This document shows positions 8,752 through 17,665 of a DNA stretch of 64,000 nt, in pieces (within the stretch, counting starts at the first letter, position 1; the number at the start of each line of letters is the position of its first letter). The notes below the pieces were generated by a model. It was not told the origin of the DNA. It saw only the letters and a program-made list of their open reading frames with translations, and made no database searches. Both the position numbers and the translations under genes were made by a program. Source of the DNA: Bacteroidales bacterium (GTDB lineage: Bacteria > Bacteroidota > Bacteroidia > Bacteroidales > JAADJA01); assembly GCA_016933115.1 (NCBI GenBank), contig JAFGBL010000296.1, forward strand, positions 1,170 to 65,169, written 5' to 3'.

Positions 8752-9689
8752 TATAAATACCTGGTTAACTGTCCGGCTTCAACCATAATAAACCTGAAGA
8801 CCAATCCTCCCATTAAAATAAGTATTGCTGGAATGGCAATCGGAACCTTATATCCTGACAACTCCATGATTTCAAGAATAGCAGGGAAAACAAGGCCTAA
8901 AATGATAACGAAAACCCAGAATGAAACGGTGAAATCTCCACCAAGAAACAAGCCGGCTGCTTCAAGTTGAACGGTGGGTCCTGCCAGGAAACCCATGATC
9001 ATATGAGTGATCAGAAAAAGCTCTATGCCAATGAGTACAAGGTCAATTTTACCCAAGGTTTTTCTTTCCGTATGATTTTTCGACATCCACATGGTGGTTG
9101 CCACACCTGTCGACATTCCCGAAATCAGGAATAGCGGACCGAGTATTGCATTGTTCCACAATGGCCGTGCATTAAATGCCGATAACAAAATCCCGGTATA
9201 AATCCCCAAAATCAAGGAAAAAACCATCATTACCCAGGCAATTGGTCTGCGATTGCTATTCACCCATTTTTCAAAAGAATTGAGATAACCAAATTTCCAG
9301 TTCCATTGTGGGATAATATCTTTTATATAAGCAGCAACCCAAATGATGGATAAGGGAGTAATGAACATCAACACCCATGCACCCCACGACATTGGCGATT
9401 CAAGCCTGATGGTAGTATATAACTGCCAGAAAAAAAGTTTATGTTTCAAGTCGAGAAACAAGGCAATCAAACCCAGGATCAAAACTCCGGGGACTAAAAA
9501 TGTCGCCCATTTCACAGTGGTTTCCATTTCCTTTTCCTTGCCCATCACAGTGAACAATCCGGCAAAAAAGAGGATTCCGGCCGCCAACCCGCCAAGGAAC
9601 AGGTAAATCGGGATTTGCCAATGCCATATATTTAAGTAAGGATCAATATTGGGGATATCCCTGCCGCTAACGAATAATTCTTCTCTCAT
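8748..9689 (-). CDS. NrfD/PsrC-family quinol-oxidising membrane anchor of a molybdoenzyme
   Basis: A 313-aa protein with about 8 TM segments, placed directly after the 4Fe-4S subunit in the canonical ABC order. Confidence 0.8.
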   Translation of the reverse strand: MREELFVSGRDIPNIDPYLNIWHWQIPIYLFLGGLAAGILFFAGLFTVMGKEKEMETTVKWATFLVPGVLILGLIALFLDLKHKLFFWQLYTTIRLESPMSWGAWVLMFITPLSIIWVAAYIKDIIPQWNWKFGYLNSFEKWVNSNRRPIAWVMMVFSLILGIYTGILLSAFNARPLWNNAILGPLFLISGMSTGVATTMWMSKNHTERKTLGKIDLVLIGIELFLITHMIMGFLAGPTVQLEAAGLFLGGDFTVSFWVFVIILGLVFPAILEIMELSGYKVPIAIPAILILMGGLVFRFIMVEAGQLTRYLY

Positions 9690-9705
9690 ATCAATAAATG
9701 ATGCA

Positions 9706-10239
9706 TTAGGTTAGAAAATAAATTTGCGGGTTTGTTCCTGCTTCCGGAGCAAGCACCTTAAATTTCCTGTGTTTTAATACCTGCGAAACATCGCTATAAG
9801 GATCATCCAGGTCGCCAAAATAGAGGCATTTAGTCGGACAAACAGCCACACAGGCAGGTTGATCCCCTTTTTTAACCCTGTGTTCACAAAAGGTACATTT
9901 ATCCACGTATCCATCTGGATGTGAGTAACGCGCATCGTACGGACAAGATTGAATACAGGCACCGCAACCGATACACTTTTCGTGCGTAACCAGGACAATC
10001 CCGCCTTCTACGATATGGCTTGCACCGGTCGGACAGCAACGCACACAGGGTGAATTATCGCAATGGTTACATCTTTCAGATCGCAATTCAATTTCAACAT
10101 TGGGGTAAGTTCCGTCAACGTTTTCAACAATCCAGTCGCGGCAGTAACCAATTGGAACATTATTTTCAGTCTGACAGGCGACGACACAATCGCTGCAACC
10201 TACACATTTTTTAGTATCAACTGCCATTGCATATCTCAT
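9706..10239 (-). CDS. 4Fe-4S dicluster electron-transfer subunit (PsrB/PhsB-like)
   Basis: Multiple CxxCxxCxxxCP ferredoxin motifs (CVGCSDCVVAC, CIGCGACIQSCP, CTFCEHR...CVAVCP). ATGA overlap with the catalytic subunit. Confidence 0.9.
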   Translation of the reverse strand: MRYAMAVDTKKCVGCSDCVVACQTENNVPIGYCRDWIVENVDGTYPNVEIELRSERCNHCDNSPCVRCCPTGASHIVEGGIVLVTHEKCIGCGACIQSCPYDARYSHPDGYVDKCTFCEHRVKKGDQPACVAVCPTKCLYFGDLDDPYSDVSQVLKHRKFKVLAPEAGTNPQIYFLT

Positions 10240-12485
10240 GACTCAACCTCCTTCACCGGTTTTTCAGTTAAAAATGTAATAAAATTACCTCTCATGCCTG
10301 TTCCTCCCATAATCGGATCCACCATCACATGAGTGATCATTTCACTATCGCTGGCCCCTTTGCCGTAAGCCCTTGATAGTAACTTATCAGAATGTCCGAA
10401 ACCATGAACCATATAAACCGAATCCCAGCGGATCCTTTCAGTTATCCTCACTTTAATTGGAAAAGTCGTAACCACATCATCCTGGTTTTTTAGCCAAACA
10501 TTTTGACCTGTTTTCAAACCCCACAATTTCGCTACTTTGGGATTGACCCAAACAGAATTTTCCTTCATCAGGTCAGTCAGGTTTGGATTATTGGCGGTCC
10601 GGCTAAAAGTATGCATCGGAGCGCGGCCATAGATCAGCCTGTAAAAACCTGCAGGAGGTTCCGGATGTTGCTTAAACACAGGCATCGGGTCAAAATTCTC
10701 GGCGGCCAGTTCATTGGAAAATAGTTCTATTTTACCTGATGGCGTGTTGAATTCAACATCTTCGCCCCTGGTGTAATAAAGGTTTCCGCCTTTCCTATCT
10801 AATTTTTTCACACCGATTTTTTGCATTTCCTCTAGCGAAGACCCGACCTGTTTCAACTGCCAATCGAGTAATTCTGTAATATCATTATAGGGGAAATAAT
10901 CGCCAAGTCCCATTTTCTCAGCCAGTTTTTTGGCAATCCACCAACCGGGCTTGGAATTATATTTTGGTTCAACTGCCGGCATTCTCAAAGCCAGGTATGG
11001 ATCCCTATGTGGTGAAGTACGAACCAGGTCATAGCGCTCAAGGTAAGTACATTCGGGAAAAATCACATCGGCATAACCGGTTATTTCCATTGGCATGGTA
11101 TCAATCACGACCATAAATTCGAGGTGTGAAATTGCTTCGAGGGTATTTTGCATATTCGGCAGGGTTAATGGCAAATTGGTGCCGTATACGATCCATGCCT
11201 TAAAAGAGCAGTCCCTGTTGCTGGTTGGGATGGTGGCATCGCATATTCCGGATGCAAGGGCCAGGGTAGCCAGTTTGAATTGCCCGGGATATGCATCTCT
11301 CCAGGTTCTTCTTGGTTTTGGGAAAGGTGGATGCTCGATACTGGGCAGATGAGCACTTTCTTTCAAATAAAATCCTCCCCTGCTTCCCCAGGATCCCAAC
11401 AAGGCATTCAAAATTGCAGCTGCCCTCACCCTTTGGGTATCATCTCCGTACCAGGTAACATGACGACCGGGGTGAACAATGACTGCGGGTGCGGCTTCTG
11501 CCATTTCACGGGCAGTTTTTCTAATCACATCCGGTTTGATAGTAGTTTTGCCATAAGCCCATTCAGGTGTCATGTTTTTTACATGATCCTTCAATAAATC
11601 AAAACCATAGGTGTATTGTCCTACAAAGTACTTGTTGTATATATCCTCATAAATCAGAACATGGATCCAGGCAAGCAACAAGGCCAGGTCGGTTGCCGGT
11701 TTGATGGGTAGCCAGTATTTTGATTTGCTTGCTGCTGTTGAAAATCTGGGATCAACTGTGATGATGGTTGCCCCTTTGTCAATGGCATCCGACATTTCCT
11801 GAACCTGCCCGTTATGCATATTTTCACCGATGTGTGAGCCGATCAAAACCAGGCAACGGGTATCCCTGATATCGGTAGGTTCGGGAGATCCAACTTCCTC
11901 TCCATAAGTGGCAATCCAGGCGGTTTCCCTTGGGCCGCGACATTGCGCAAACGATGGTGCTGCAATATTGTTTGATCCAAACCCTTTCAGGAGATCACCA
12001 AAATATTTTCCACCTGATCCATGATTAAATAGGGCAATACATTCAGGCCCGTGCTTTTCACCAACTTCCTTTAATTTTTTGGCCGTGTATTCAAGCGCTT
12101 CATCCCAACTGGCTTCCCTGAAAGTTTGTTTCCCATCTTTTTCAACCCTGATTAATGGGGTCTTTAAACGATCCTGATCGTAATACATCCCCGGCCCGCC
12201 TGTTCCCCTCGGGCATAACCTACCGTTACAATGAGGATCCTCTTCGTTACCAACAACCTTGACAATCTCATTATTTTCATTTACATATGTCCAACCGGCG
12301 CATTTCCAAAAGCAGATTTCACAGTATGTTGGAAAACGTTTTAAGTTATGGCCCCTAAATTCCAGGGGTTTTTTGTCTGCTGCGAATAATTTATTTCCTC
12401 CCATCAGGTTATAGGAGGATGCCGCAACAGCAGCACCACCCAAGCCCAGAGCCGATATTTTAATAAAATCCCTTCGATTACTCAT
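10236..12485 (-). CDS. Tat-exported molybdopterin (Mo-bisPGD) oxidoreductase catalytic subunit, polysulfide/thiosulfate-reductase type (PsrA/PhsA-like)
   Basis: Twin-arginine signal MSNRRDFIKISALGLGGAAVAA, N-terminal FeS motif CEICFWKC...CNGRLCPRG and the molybdopterin domain. The start is set at MSNRR rather than ORF start 12536. Confidence 0.85.
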   Translation of the reverse strand: MSNRRDFIKISALGLGGAAVAASSYNLMGGNKLFAADKKPLEFRGHNLKRFPTYCEICFWKCAGWTYVNENNEIVKVVGNEEDPHCNGRLCPRGTGGPGMYYDQDRLKTPLIRVEKDGKQTFREASWDEALEYTAKKLKEVGEKHGPECIALFNHGSGGKYFGDLLKGFGSNNIAAPSFAQCRGPRETAWIATYGEEVGSPEPTDIRDTRCLVLIGSHIGENMHNGQVQEMSDAIDKGATIITVDPRFSTAASKSKYWLPIKPATDLALLLAWIHVLIYEDIYNKYFVGQYTYGFDLLKDHVKNMTPEWAYGKTTIKPDVIRKTAREMAEAAPAVIVHPGRHVTWYGDDTQRVRAAAILNALLGSWGSRGGFYLKESAHLPSIEHPPFPKPRRTWRDAYPGQFKLATLALASGICDATIPTSNRDCSFKAWIVYGTNLPLTLPNMQNTLEAISHLEFMVVIDTMPMEITGYADVIFPECTYLERYDLVRTSPHRDPYLALRMPAVEPKYNSKPGWWIAKKLAEKMGLGDYFPYNDITELLDWQLKQVGSSLEEMQKIGVKKLDRKGGNLYYTRGEDVEFNTPSGKIELFSNELAAENFDPMPVFKQHPEPPAGFYRLIYGRAPMHTFSRTANNPNLTDLMKENSVWVNPKVAKLWGLKTGQNVWLKNQDDVVTTFPIKVRITERIRWDSVYMVHGFGHSDKLLSRAYGKGASDSEMITHVMVDPIMGGTGMRGNFITFLTEKPVKEVES

Positions 12486-12514
12486 ACATCGAAATTTCTT
12501 TATATATAAAAAAG

Positions 12515-12522
12515 CAAATATA
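12515..12522 (-). promoter_or_regulatory. Candidate Bacteroidota -7 promoter box for the 7-gene sulfur operon
   Basis: Reads TATATTTG (TAnnTTTG) on the minus strand, 29 nt upstream of the psrA-like ATG. Confidence 0.4.
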
Positions 12523-12739
12523 TACTGCAGATACAACCTGTTTTTTAATTAACAATGGGAATTGCTCATTATAATTACTGTTCTATATCAGTTTTTTTTA
12601 CGTCAAATTGATGATAAACATTTTAAGTAACTGATAAAGAGTTTAATTTGGTGATTTTCTGCTTGAAAAAGTATAATTCTGAAAAAAACAAGTTACATTT
12701 TGGCAGATTATCTGAAATTTGTAAAACCAATTGTTTGAT

Positions 12740-13144
12740 ATGAGTGAAAATAAAAATGGAATATCACGCAGGAATTTTTTAAAGTGGCTGGGCTGGCTGA
12801 TGGCAATTCCATATGTTTTTATTACGGGTATATCCATTAAAAGGAATAATCAAATCAATTCAAAAAAAACTGTACGAACCTCTTCGAATATTGCCGCCGG
12901 GGTAACCTTTTCCGGGCAGGTGATCCTTGTAAAAAACAATGCCTCGGTCCATATTTTTTCATCCAGATGCACCCATTTGGGTTGCAGGATTAATTCCCTT
13001 GAAAATGACGAAATTGTTTGTCCATGCCACGGGTCGAGGTTCGATTTGGAAGGCAATTGCATTAAAGGGCCGGCGAATAAACCGCTCAAAAAATTTAAAT
13101 TTGAATTGGATTCAGTTCGGGATGAATATGTCATTGAACTTTGA
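12740..13144 (+). CDS. Tat-exported Rieske [2Fe-2S] protein
   Basis: [10 protein letters not shown] twin-arginine motif, and Rieske boxes CTHLGC and CPCHGS. ATG at 12740, with an alternative TTG at 12731. Confidence 0.85.
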   Translation: MSENKNGISRRNFLKWLGWLMAIPYVFITGISIKRNNQINSKKTVRTSSNIAAGVTFSGQVILVKNNASVHIFSSRCTHLGCRINSLENDEIVCPCHGSRFDLEGNCIKGPANKPLKKFKFELDSVRDEYVIEL

Positions 13145-13172
13145 TGGCACTATTTAACAGGAAGGCTATTAA

Positions 13173-15992
13173 TTGAGACTATTAAACAAAATAAAATCTT
13201 TCATTTTTTTTGATACCTATGGCGCGATTGCTACCGTATCTTTTTTAATTTGTGCCATTTCAGGGATTGTTCTTGCCATCCCATTCGATATTCAAAATCC
13301 TTATGAATCAATATCCATTATTTTAATTGCCAATCCTGCTGCCAATTTCTTCAGGAATATCCACTACTGGAGTGCTCAGTTTTTCCTCATGTTCTCAGTC
13401 CTGCACATTTGGGATCACTTAAAAATGAGAACCGAAAAAAATCAAACCAAAGGAATCTGGTTCAGGCTAAGTCTTTCTGTACCTGTTATTTTCTTTGTTA
13501 TGATTTCGGGGTTTATCCTGAAAGCCGACCCTGATAGCATACAAGCCCGAAGAATAATTTCAACCCTGATTTCAAAAATACCGTTATTTGGAAATTCACT
13601 GGCTTACGGACTTTTTGGATCTGAGGGGGATTACCAAATCATTTATGTACAACACATTGCGACTGCAACAATTTTTTTGGCTATTGTTATTTGGGAACAT
13701 GCCCACACTTTGTGGACCAGGTTATCTACCTTTATCATCATTCTGGCCGTACTTACTGTTTTGGGACTTATTTTGCATGCCCCACTTCACAATGGATTAA
13801 GTCCCGTGGTAAAAGGTCCCTGGTACTTTGTCGGTTTGCAGGAAATTTTGCATTGGATCAGCAATACGGGAATAGTCCTGATATTTATATTGATTCTAAT
13901 TCTTTCTTTTTACGCCCTTATTTATCTAGGTAAAAAATCATCGTTAATATTAAAAAGGGGATTTCTTTATCTTTTTTATGTCTATATCCTTTTAACCGTC
14001 ATCGGTTATTTTTTCAGGGGTGAAAACTGGTCGTGGGAAAAACCCTGGGAAGGAAAGTACGTCCAGGGAGATCCTTTCCGAACCGGTTTGTATATTCCGG
14101 ATATTAGTTTAGATACCTTAACGAAAGAAGATTTGCCACAAGCCGGTGAACGCAGGGAAGCCTGTATGGCTTGTCATAAAAATGTTTTGGGATTTGCCAA
14201 AGCCCATGATCCCCAGGCAATCGGGTGTGCCTCCTGCCATTTGGGCGATCCCTTTAGCCTGAATAAAAACCGGGCACATCGCAATATGGTTCTTATTCCG
14301 GGTAACCTTGCAAATGCCCGTCAAACCTGTGGAAGTGTGCAATGCCATCCTGAAATTGTACCCCGTGTAATGAATTCTTTAATGACATCTAACAGTGGCA
14401 TTGTGAGTGTTGACCGATTTGTTTTCGAAGAAACCGGTTCGCCCGATATCCAATCTCATATTAAGGATATTGGACACTCAGCTGCTGATCAACACCTCCG
14501 AAATTTATGTGCAAATTGCCACCTGGGGAAAGAAAAAACAGAACCCGGTCCCGTGAACCAGCTTTCCAGAGGCGGTGGTTGTATCGCCTGCCATCTCAAT
14601 TATTCGAACTCGGCTACAACACAACACATGGCTTATATCTCAGGGTTAAAAAATGAAAAATTACTTCCTAAGGTTCATGCTTCATTGGATATTAATATTT
14701 CCAACGATCACTGTTTTGGTTGCCACAGCCGCTCAGGAAGGATTTCCACCAATTACCAAGGTTGGCACGAAACACTGCTGGACGAAAAGGTTGTTGTTGG
14801 GAAAGAAGGATACAGGGTACTCGAAGATAAAAGAGTGTTTGAGTTTGTGGCTGAAGATGTGCATCATAAAGCCGGAATGGATTGTATCGATTGCCACAAT
14901 TCCTATGAGGTTATGGGGGATGGAACGATCTATCTGCATGAGGAACAAGCTGTAAAAATCCGTTGTGAAGATTGCCATTTAACTGAAAGGCCACACATGT
15001 CAAATTACGATCAACTGGATGCGGAATCCAGAAAAATATTCGATCTCAGAAAATTCGAACACCAGGATAAGCCTATGATTAGGGAAAAGGAATCGATGAT
15101 AACCTTGATCAATACTTTTTATGAAAATGATACCGCTTTTATGATTGGGAAAAACAGCGGGAAATTGCACATTATGAATCCTCCACCTTCAATCTGTACT
15201 CGGGTGGCCCATGAAAGCCTTACCTGCAGTGCTTGTCATACAGCCTGGGCACCGCAATGCATCGGTTGTCATAATGTTTATGATAAAAAGGCTGACGGAT
15301 ATGACCTGCTTACAGATAAACCGCTGACCGGTACCTGGGTTGAATATGTAGGCAAATTTCTGGCTGAACCACCGACTTTGGGTGTTTGGCAAGGAGAACG
15401 GAATCAAATAAGTCCGGCAATACCGGGGATGATTCTTACGATTGATAATAACTCCTATTCTGATGACTTTGAGATATCGGATGAATTAAAAATGATTTTT
15501 CACCGTCTTTTTGCACCGGCAACTCCACATACCACAAATTCGAAAGGCCGTGATTGCAAATCGTGCCACAACGATCCGCTGGCCATCGGGTATGGCCGCG
15601 GTGAATTGATTTACAGCATCGACCTTTTAGGTTTGCATCAGCCAGAAGCCAAAGCTAATCTAACAGGACATTCTGCAAAAAAAGGATACTGGACCTTCCA
15701 ACCGAAATATGCTGCCAATAAATATGATGGTTTACCGGAAGATGCCTGGATAGCATTTGATCCTTATTCATCCGAAGAACTGCGGTCATCGGACAGTACA
15801 ATGAGTGCTACCCGCCTCAATTTCAGGCCGTTCACAAAAGAAGAACAGCGAAGGATATTGCGCGTTGGTGCCTGTCTTTCCTGTCATGATGAAAATTCGG
15901 AGATCATGTTAAAAAGCCTGGATGGGGAATTTAAATCCTACCTGGAAACCATCAACGACAAATGCATCCTTCCTGACTGGAATCCATATTAA
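13173..15992 (+). CDS. Cytochrome b6/subunit-IV-like membrane domain fused to a periplasmic multihaem (about 12 haem) cytochrome c
   Basis: About 7 TM helices. Haem-b ligands are H-x13-H (HYWSAQFFLMFSVLH) and H-x14-H (HIATATIFLAIVIWEH). The Qo PEWY-equivalent is KGPWYFVGLQEIL. These are followed by 11 CxxCH motifs plus one CGSVQCH (Cx4CH). Confidence 0.8.
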   Translation: MRLLNKIKSFIFFDTYGAIATVSFLICAISGIVLAIPFDIQNPYESISIILIANPAANFFRNIHYWSAQFFLMFSVLHIWDHLKMRTEKNQTKGIWFRLSLSVPVIFFVMISGFILKADPDSIQARRIISTLISKIPLFGNSLAYGLFGSEGDYQIIYVQHIATATIFLAIVIWEHAHTLWTRLSTFIIILAVLTVLGLILHAPLHNGLSPVVKGPWYFVGLQEILHWISNTGIVLIFILILILSFYALIYLGKKSSLILKRGFLYLFYVYILLTVIGYFFRGENWSWEKPWEGKYVQGDPFRTGLYIPDISLDTLTKEDLPQAGERREACMACHKNVLGFAKAHDPQAIGCASCHLGDPFSLNKNRAHRNMVLIPGNLANARQTCGSVQCHPEIVPRVMNSLMTSNSGIVSVDRFVFEETGSPDIQSHIKDIGHSAADQHLRNLCANCHLGKEKTEPGPVNQLSRGGGCIACHLNYSNSATTQHMAYISGLKNEKLLPKVHASLDINISNDHCFGCHSRSGRISTNYQGWHETLLDEKVVVGKEGYRVLEDKRVFEFVAEDVHHKAGMDCIDCHNSYEVMGDGTIYLHEEQAVKIRCEDCHLTERPHMSNYDQLDAESRKIFDLRKFEHQDKPMIREKESMITLINTFYENDTAFMIGKNSGKLHIMNPPPSICTRVAHESLTCSACHTAWAPQCIGCHNVYDKKADGYDLLTDKPLTGTWVEYVGKFLAEPPTLGVWQGERNQISPAIPGMILTIDNNSYSDDFEISDELKMIFHRLFAPATPHTTNSKGRDCKSCHNDPLAIGYGRGELIYSIDLLGLHQPEAKANLTGHSAKKGYWTFQPKYAANKYDGLPEDAWIAFDPYSSEELRSSDSTMSATRLNFRPFTKEEQRRILRVGACLSCHDENSEIMLKSLDGEFKSYLETINDKCILPDWNPY

Positions 15993-16000
15993 CTTTCGGA
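15981..16000 (+). repeat. Partial copy of the REP-like repeat found at 53209 and 54489
   Basis: The 14-mer tattaactttcgga is identical to 53229..53242 and is preceded by aatcc as in the full copies. It overlaps the cytochrome stop codon. Confidence 0.5.
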
Positions 16001-16147
16001 CTTGGTGCCTTCTTCGTCATCCTACTTTAAAGCCAAATAAATATTGTATTCCGAAAATATTAAGGGAAAATTTAGTAGTTCCAATATTAAATACTTAACT
16101 TTTTCCCTAATTTAGCATAGCCGAAATACGGACTAATTAATTCAAGG

Positions 16148-16264
16148 ATGGAGCCAAAACTTCTGAAACCGCGTAATGCCCTTAATAAAGCCTTCCTGAA
16201 GGTAAAACCGAACCGCACCGAGATCGAAAAATTTATAACCCACCATACTGGATCAAACGGCTGA
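16148..16264 (+). pseudogene. Short fragment resembling the N-terminus of Eco57I-like (type IIG) DNA methyltransferase/restriction proteins
   Basis: Encodes MEPKLLKPRNALNKAFLKVKPNRTEIEKF... and then stops after 38 aa. The resemblance is recalled from memory, not searched. Confidence 0.3.
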
Positions 16265-16533
16265 TGGAACAGGATGGCAGTTTTAAGCAATTTGATTTCG
16301 TTCACTTCAGAAATGGCTACAGTAAAAATGATCCGGAATTATCGGTTGATTATCTGGAAATAGTTGTCATTAAACAAAAAGTAGGGTTTTTAAAAAGTGA
16401 GAAGATTTTTGAGATTAAACTTGGAGAGAAAGTTGAACTACAGAAAAATACCAATCCCAGGCAAGCCGTAAAAGTCCGGGGCCTCATTGAAATGAAAGAT
16501 AATTTCGACGACCCAATAGAAGGGTTTAATTAA
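16264..16533 (+). CDS. Hypothetical protein, C-terminus resembles DUF2281-type antitoxin tails (…MKDNFDDPIEGF)
   Basis: An 89-aa ORF with a TGATG overlap with the preceding fragment. Only the tail motif is recognisable. Confidence 0.3.
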   Translation: MEQDGSFKQFDFVHFRNGYSKNDPELSVDYLEIVVIKQKVGFLKSEKIFEIKLGEKVELQKNTNPRQAVKVRGLIEMKDNFDDPIEGFN

Positions 16534-16537
16534 GAAT

Positions 16538-16726
16538 TTATGGTATAATGGGGATGTTCAGCGATTTACAAATTTTTTTAACCAACATATTAGGAATTTC
16601 AACATGGCGGGGAATGGCTTCAATATGACCAGTATTAGGATTGCACCACAAAGAATGGCCGGCTCCCTCTCTTTTTAGATAGCATCCATTCCTCCTAAGG
16701 TGCTTAATGAGGTCTTTTCTTTTCAC
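16538..16726 (-). CDS. hicA: Type II toxin HicA (mRNA interferase)
   Basis: A 62-aa protein with LIKHLRRNGCYLKREGAGHSLW...IPRH...I, typical of the HicA/YcfA family. It overlaps hicB by 4 nt. Confidence 0.85.
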   Translation of the reverse strand: MKRKDLIKHLRRNGCYLKREGAGHSLWCNPNTGHIEAIPRHVEIPNMLVKKICKSLNIPIIP

Positions 16727-16947
16727 TCAACGATCAGTGTTTCACGGGATACTTCGTCTGAAATGCCCCTTAATGAGTCCTCCCGGCGATCTTCCAAAAT
16801 CAGCTCAATGGCTTGCGACAAACTTTTCATTGACTCTTCCTTTGTTTTACCCTGCCCATTGGCACCTGGAATTTCGGCACACCAGGAAATATACCAATCG
16901 TTATCTTTTTCGATAATTGCTGTGAATTCGTTCCGCATAAATTTCAT
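16723..16947 (-). CDS. hicB: Type II antitoxin HicB
   Basis: A 74-aa protein with FTAIIEKDNDWYISWCAEIPGANGQGKTKEES, the HicB N-terminal RNase-H-like fold signature. Confidence 0.8.
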   Translation of the reverse strand: MKFMRNEFTAIIEKDNDWYISWCAEIPGANGQGKTKEESMKSLSQAIELILEDRREDSLRGISDEVSRETLIVE

Positions 16948-16963
16948 TCTTAAATTAGGAATA

Positions 16964-16971
16964 CAAATTTA
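16964..16971 (-). promoter_or_regulatory. Candidate -7 box for hicBA
   Basis: Reads TAAATTTG on the minus strand, 16 nt upstream of the hicB ATG. Confidence 0.35.
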
Positions 16972-17035
16972 GTTATTATTCAATAATAGTTGAAAATCTT
17001 TATTATTACAATCCATTAACAAAAAACAAGAGCTT

Positions 17036-17665
17036 ATGCCTGAATGCGCCGAATGCGGAGGATTCACAAAATATAATGGAGGTCTCTGTTATAACTGTTA
17101 TTAAAAACAAAACGGAAACAAAGACAATGGTAAGAAAACCATAGTAGAAGAAATACCGGAAGAGAATGAGAATTACGGATTGAGTAAGAAAGAAAGGAAT
17201 TACCTGTAGGCATGATCAAAGGTCGGATTGCTGAAACGTTGACACAGGAATTATTTTTTAGCCTGGGCTATATGTTTTTCGTTATGGGATGGAGAACACC
17301 ATTCCCGGCATTATGGAACTGTTAAAAGGAGTACGCTCGCATGCAGCGCATGAAATCCGCCGCATGCCCGATTTTGTAATTCAGGACCCGAAAAAAAAAC
17401 TGTATATTTTGTGGAGGCGAAGTTCAGGGCAAGTGGTGAATTCAGGTTAAAAGATATTCCCAAAGATTACCCTTAAGAAAATACCTATTTCATCCTTGTA
17501 TCAAAAAAGTACATCAAGTGTATCAACTACCAGGAATTGAAGGAAAGAAAAGAAATAACACCTACATCCCGGAACTATCGTGGAAACCGCAAAGAATTCG
17601 ACCCTGACAAACAGGTGATCATTGAGTTTTTTGAAATTGAGGTTCAGTTTTCTGAGAGTGTTTAG
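17036..17665 (+). pseudogene. Decayed zinc-ribbon + PD-(D/E)XK nuclease-fold gene
   Basis: The reading can be followed as MPECAECGG..CYNCY* ... GRIAETLTQELFFSLGY / YGMENTIPGIMELLKGVRS..RRMPDFVIQD / VEAKFRASGEF..DYP*ENTYFILVSKKY. This is possible only by changing frame at least 3 times and passing several stops. Confidence 0.7.

Noticed and set aside
12608-12621. TTGAT-GATA-AACAT in the psr/Rieske divergent region as an FNR/CRP-type box
   Set aside because: Only one half-site is perfect (8 of 10 overall). Its centre is about 100 nt from the candidate -7 box, and the Bacteroidota Crp/Fnr consensus is not known to me.
16010-16035. cttcgtcatcctac resembling cttcgtcatacctcac at ~54625 as a second shared repeat module
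   Set aside because: The exact match is only 9 nt, which is expected by chance about once in a window this size. It is kept as a note only.
16087-16305. 72-aa minus-strand ORF
   Set aside because: It overlaps the plus-strand methylase-like fragment and has no motif. It is likely a shadow ORF in decayed DNA.
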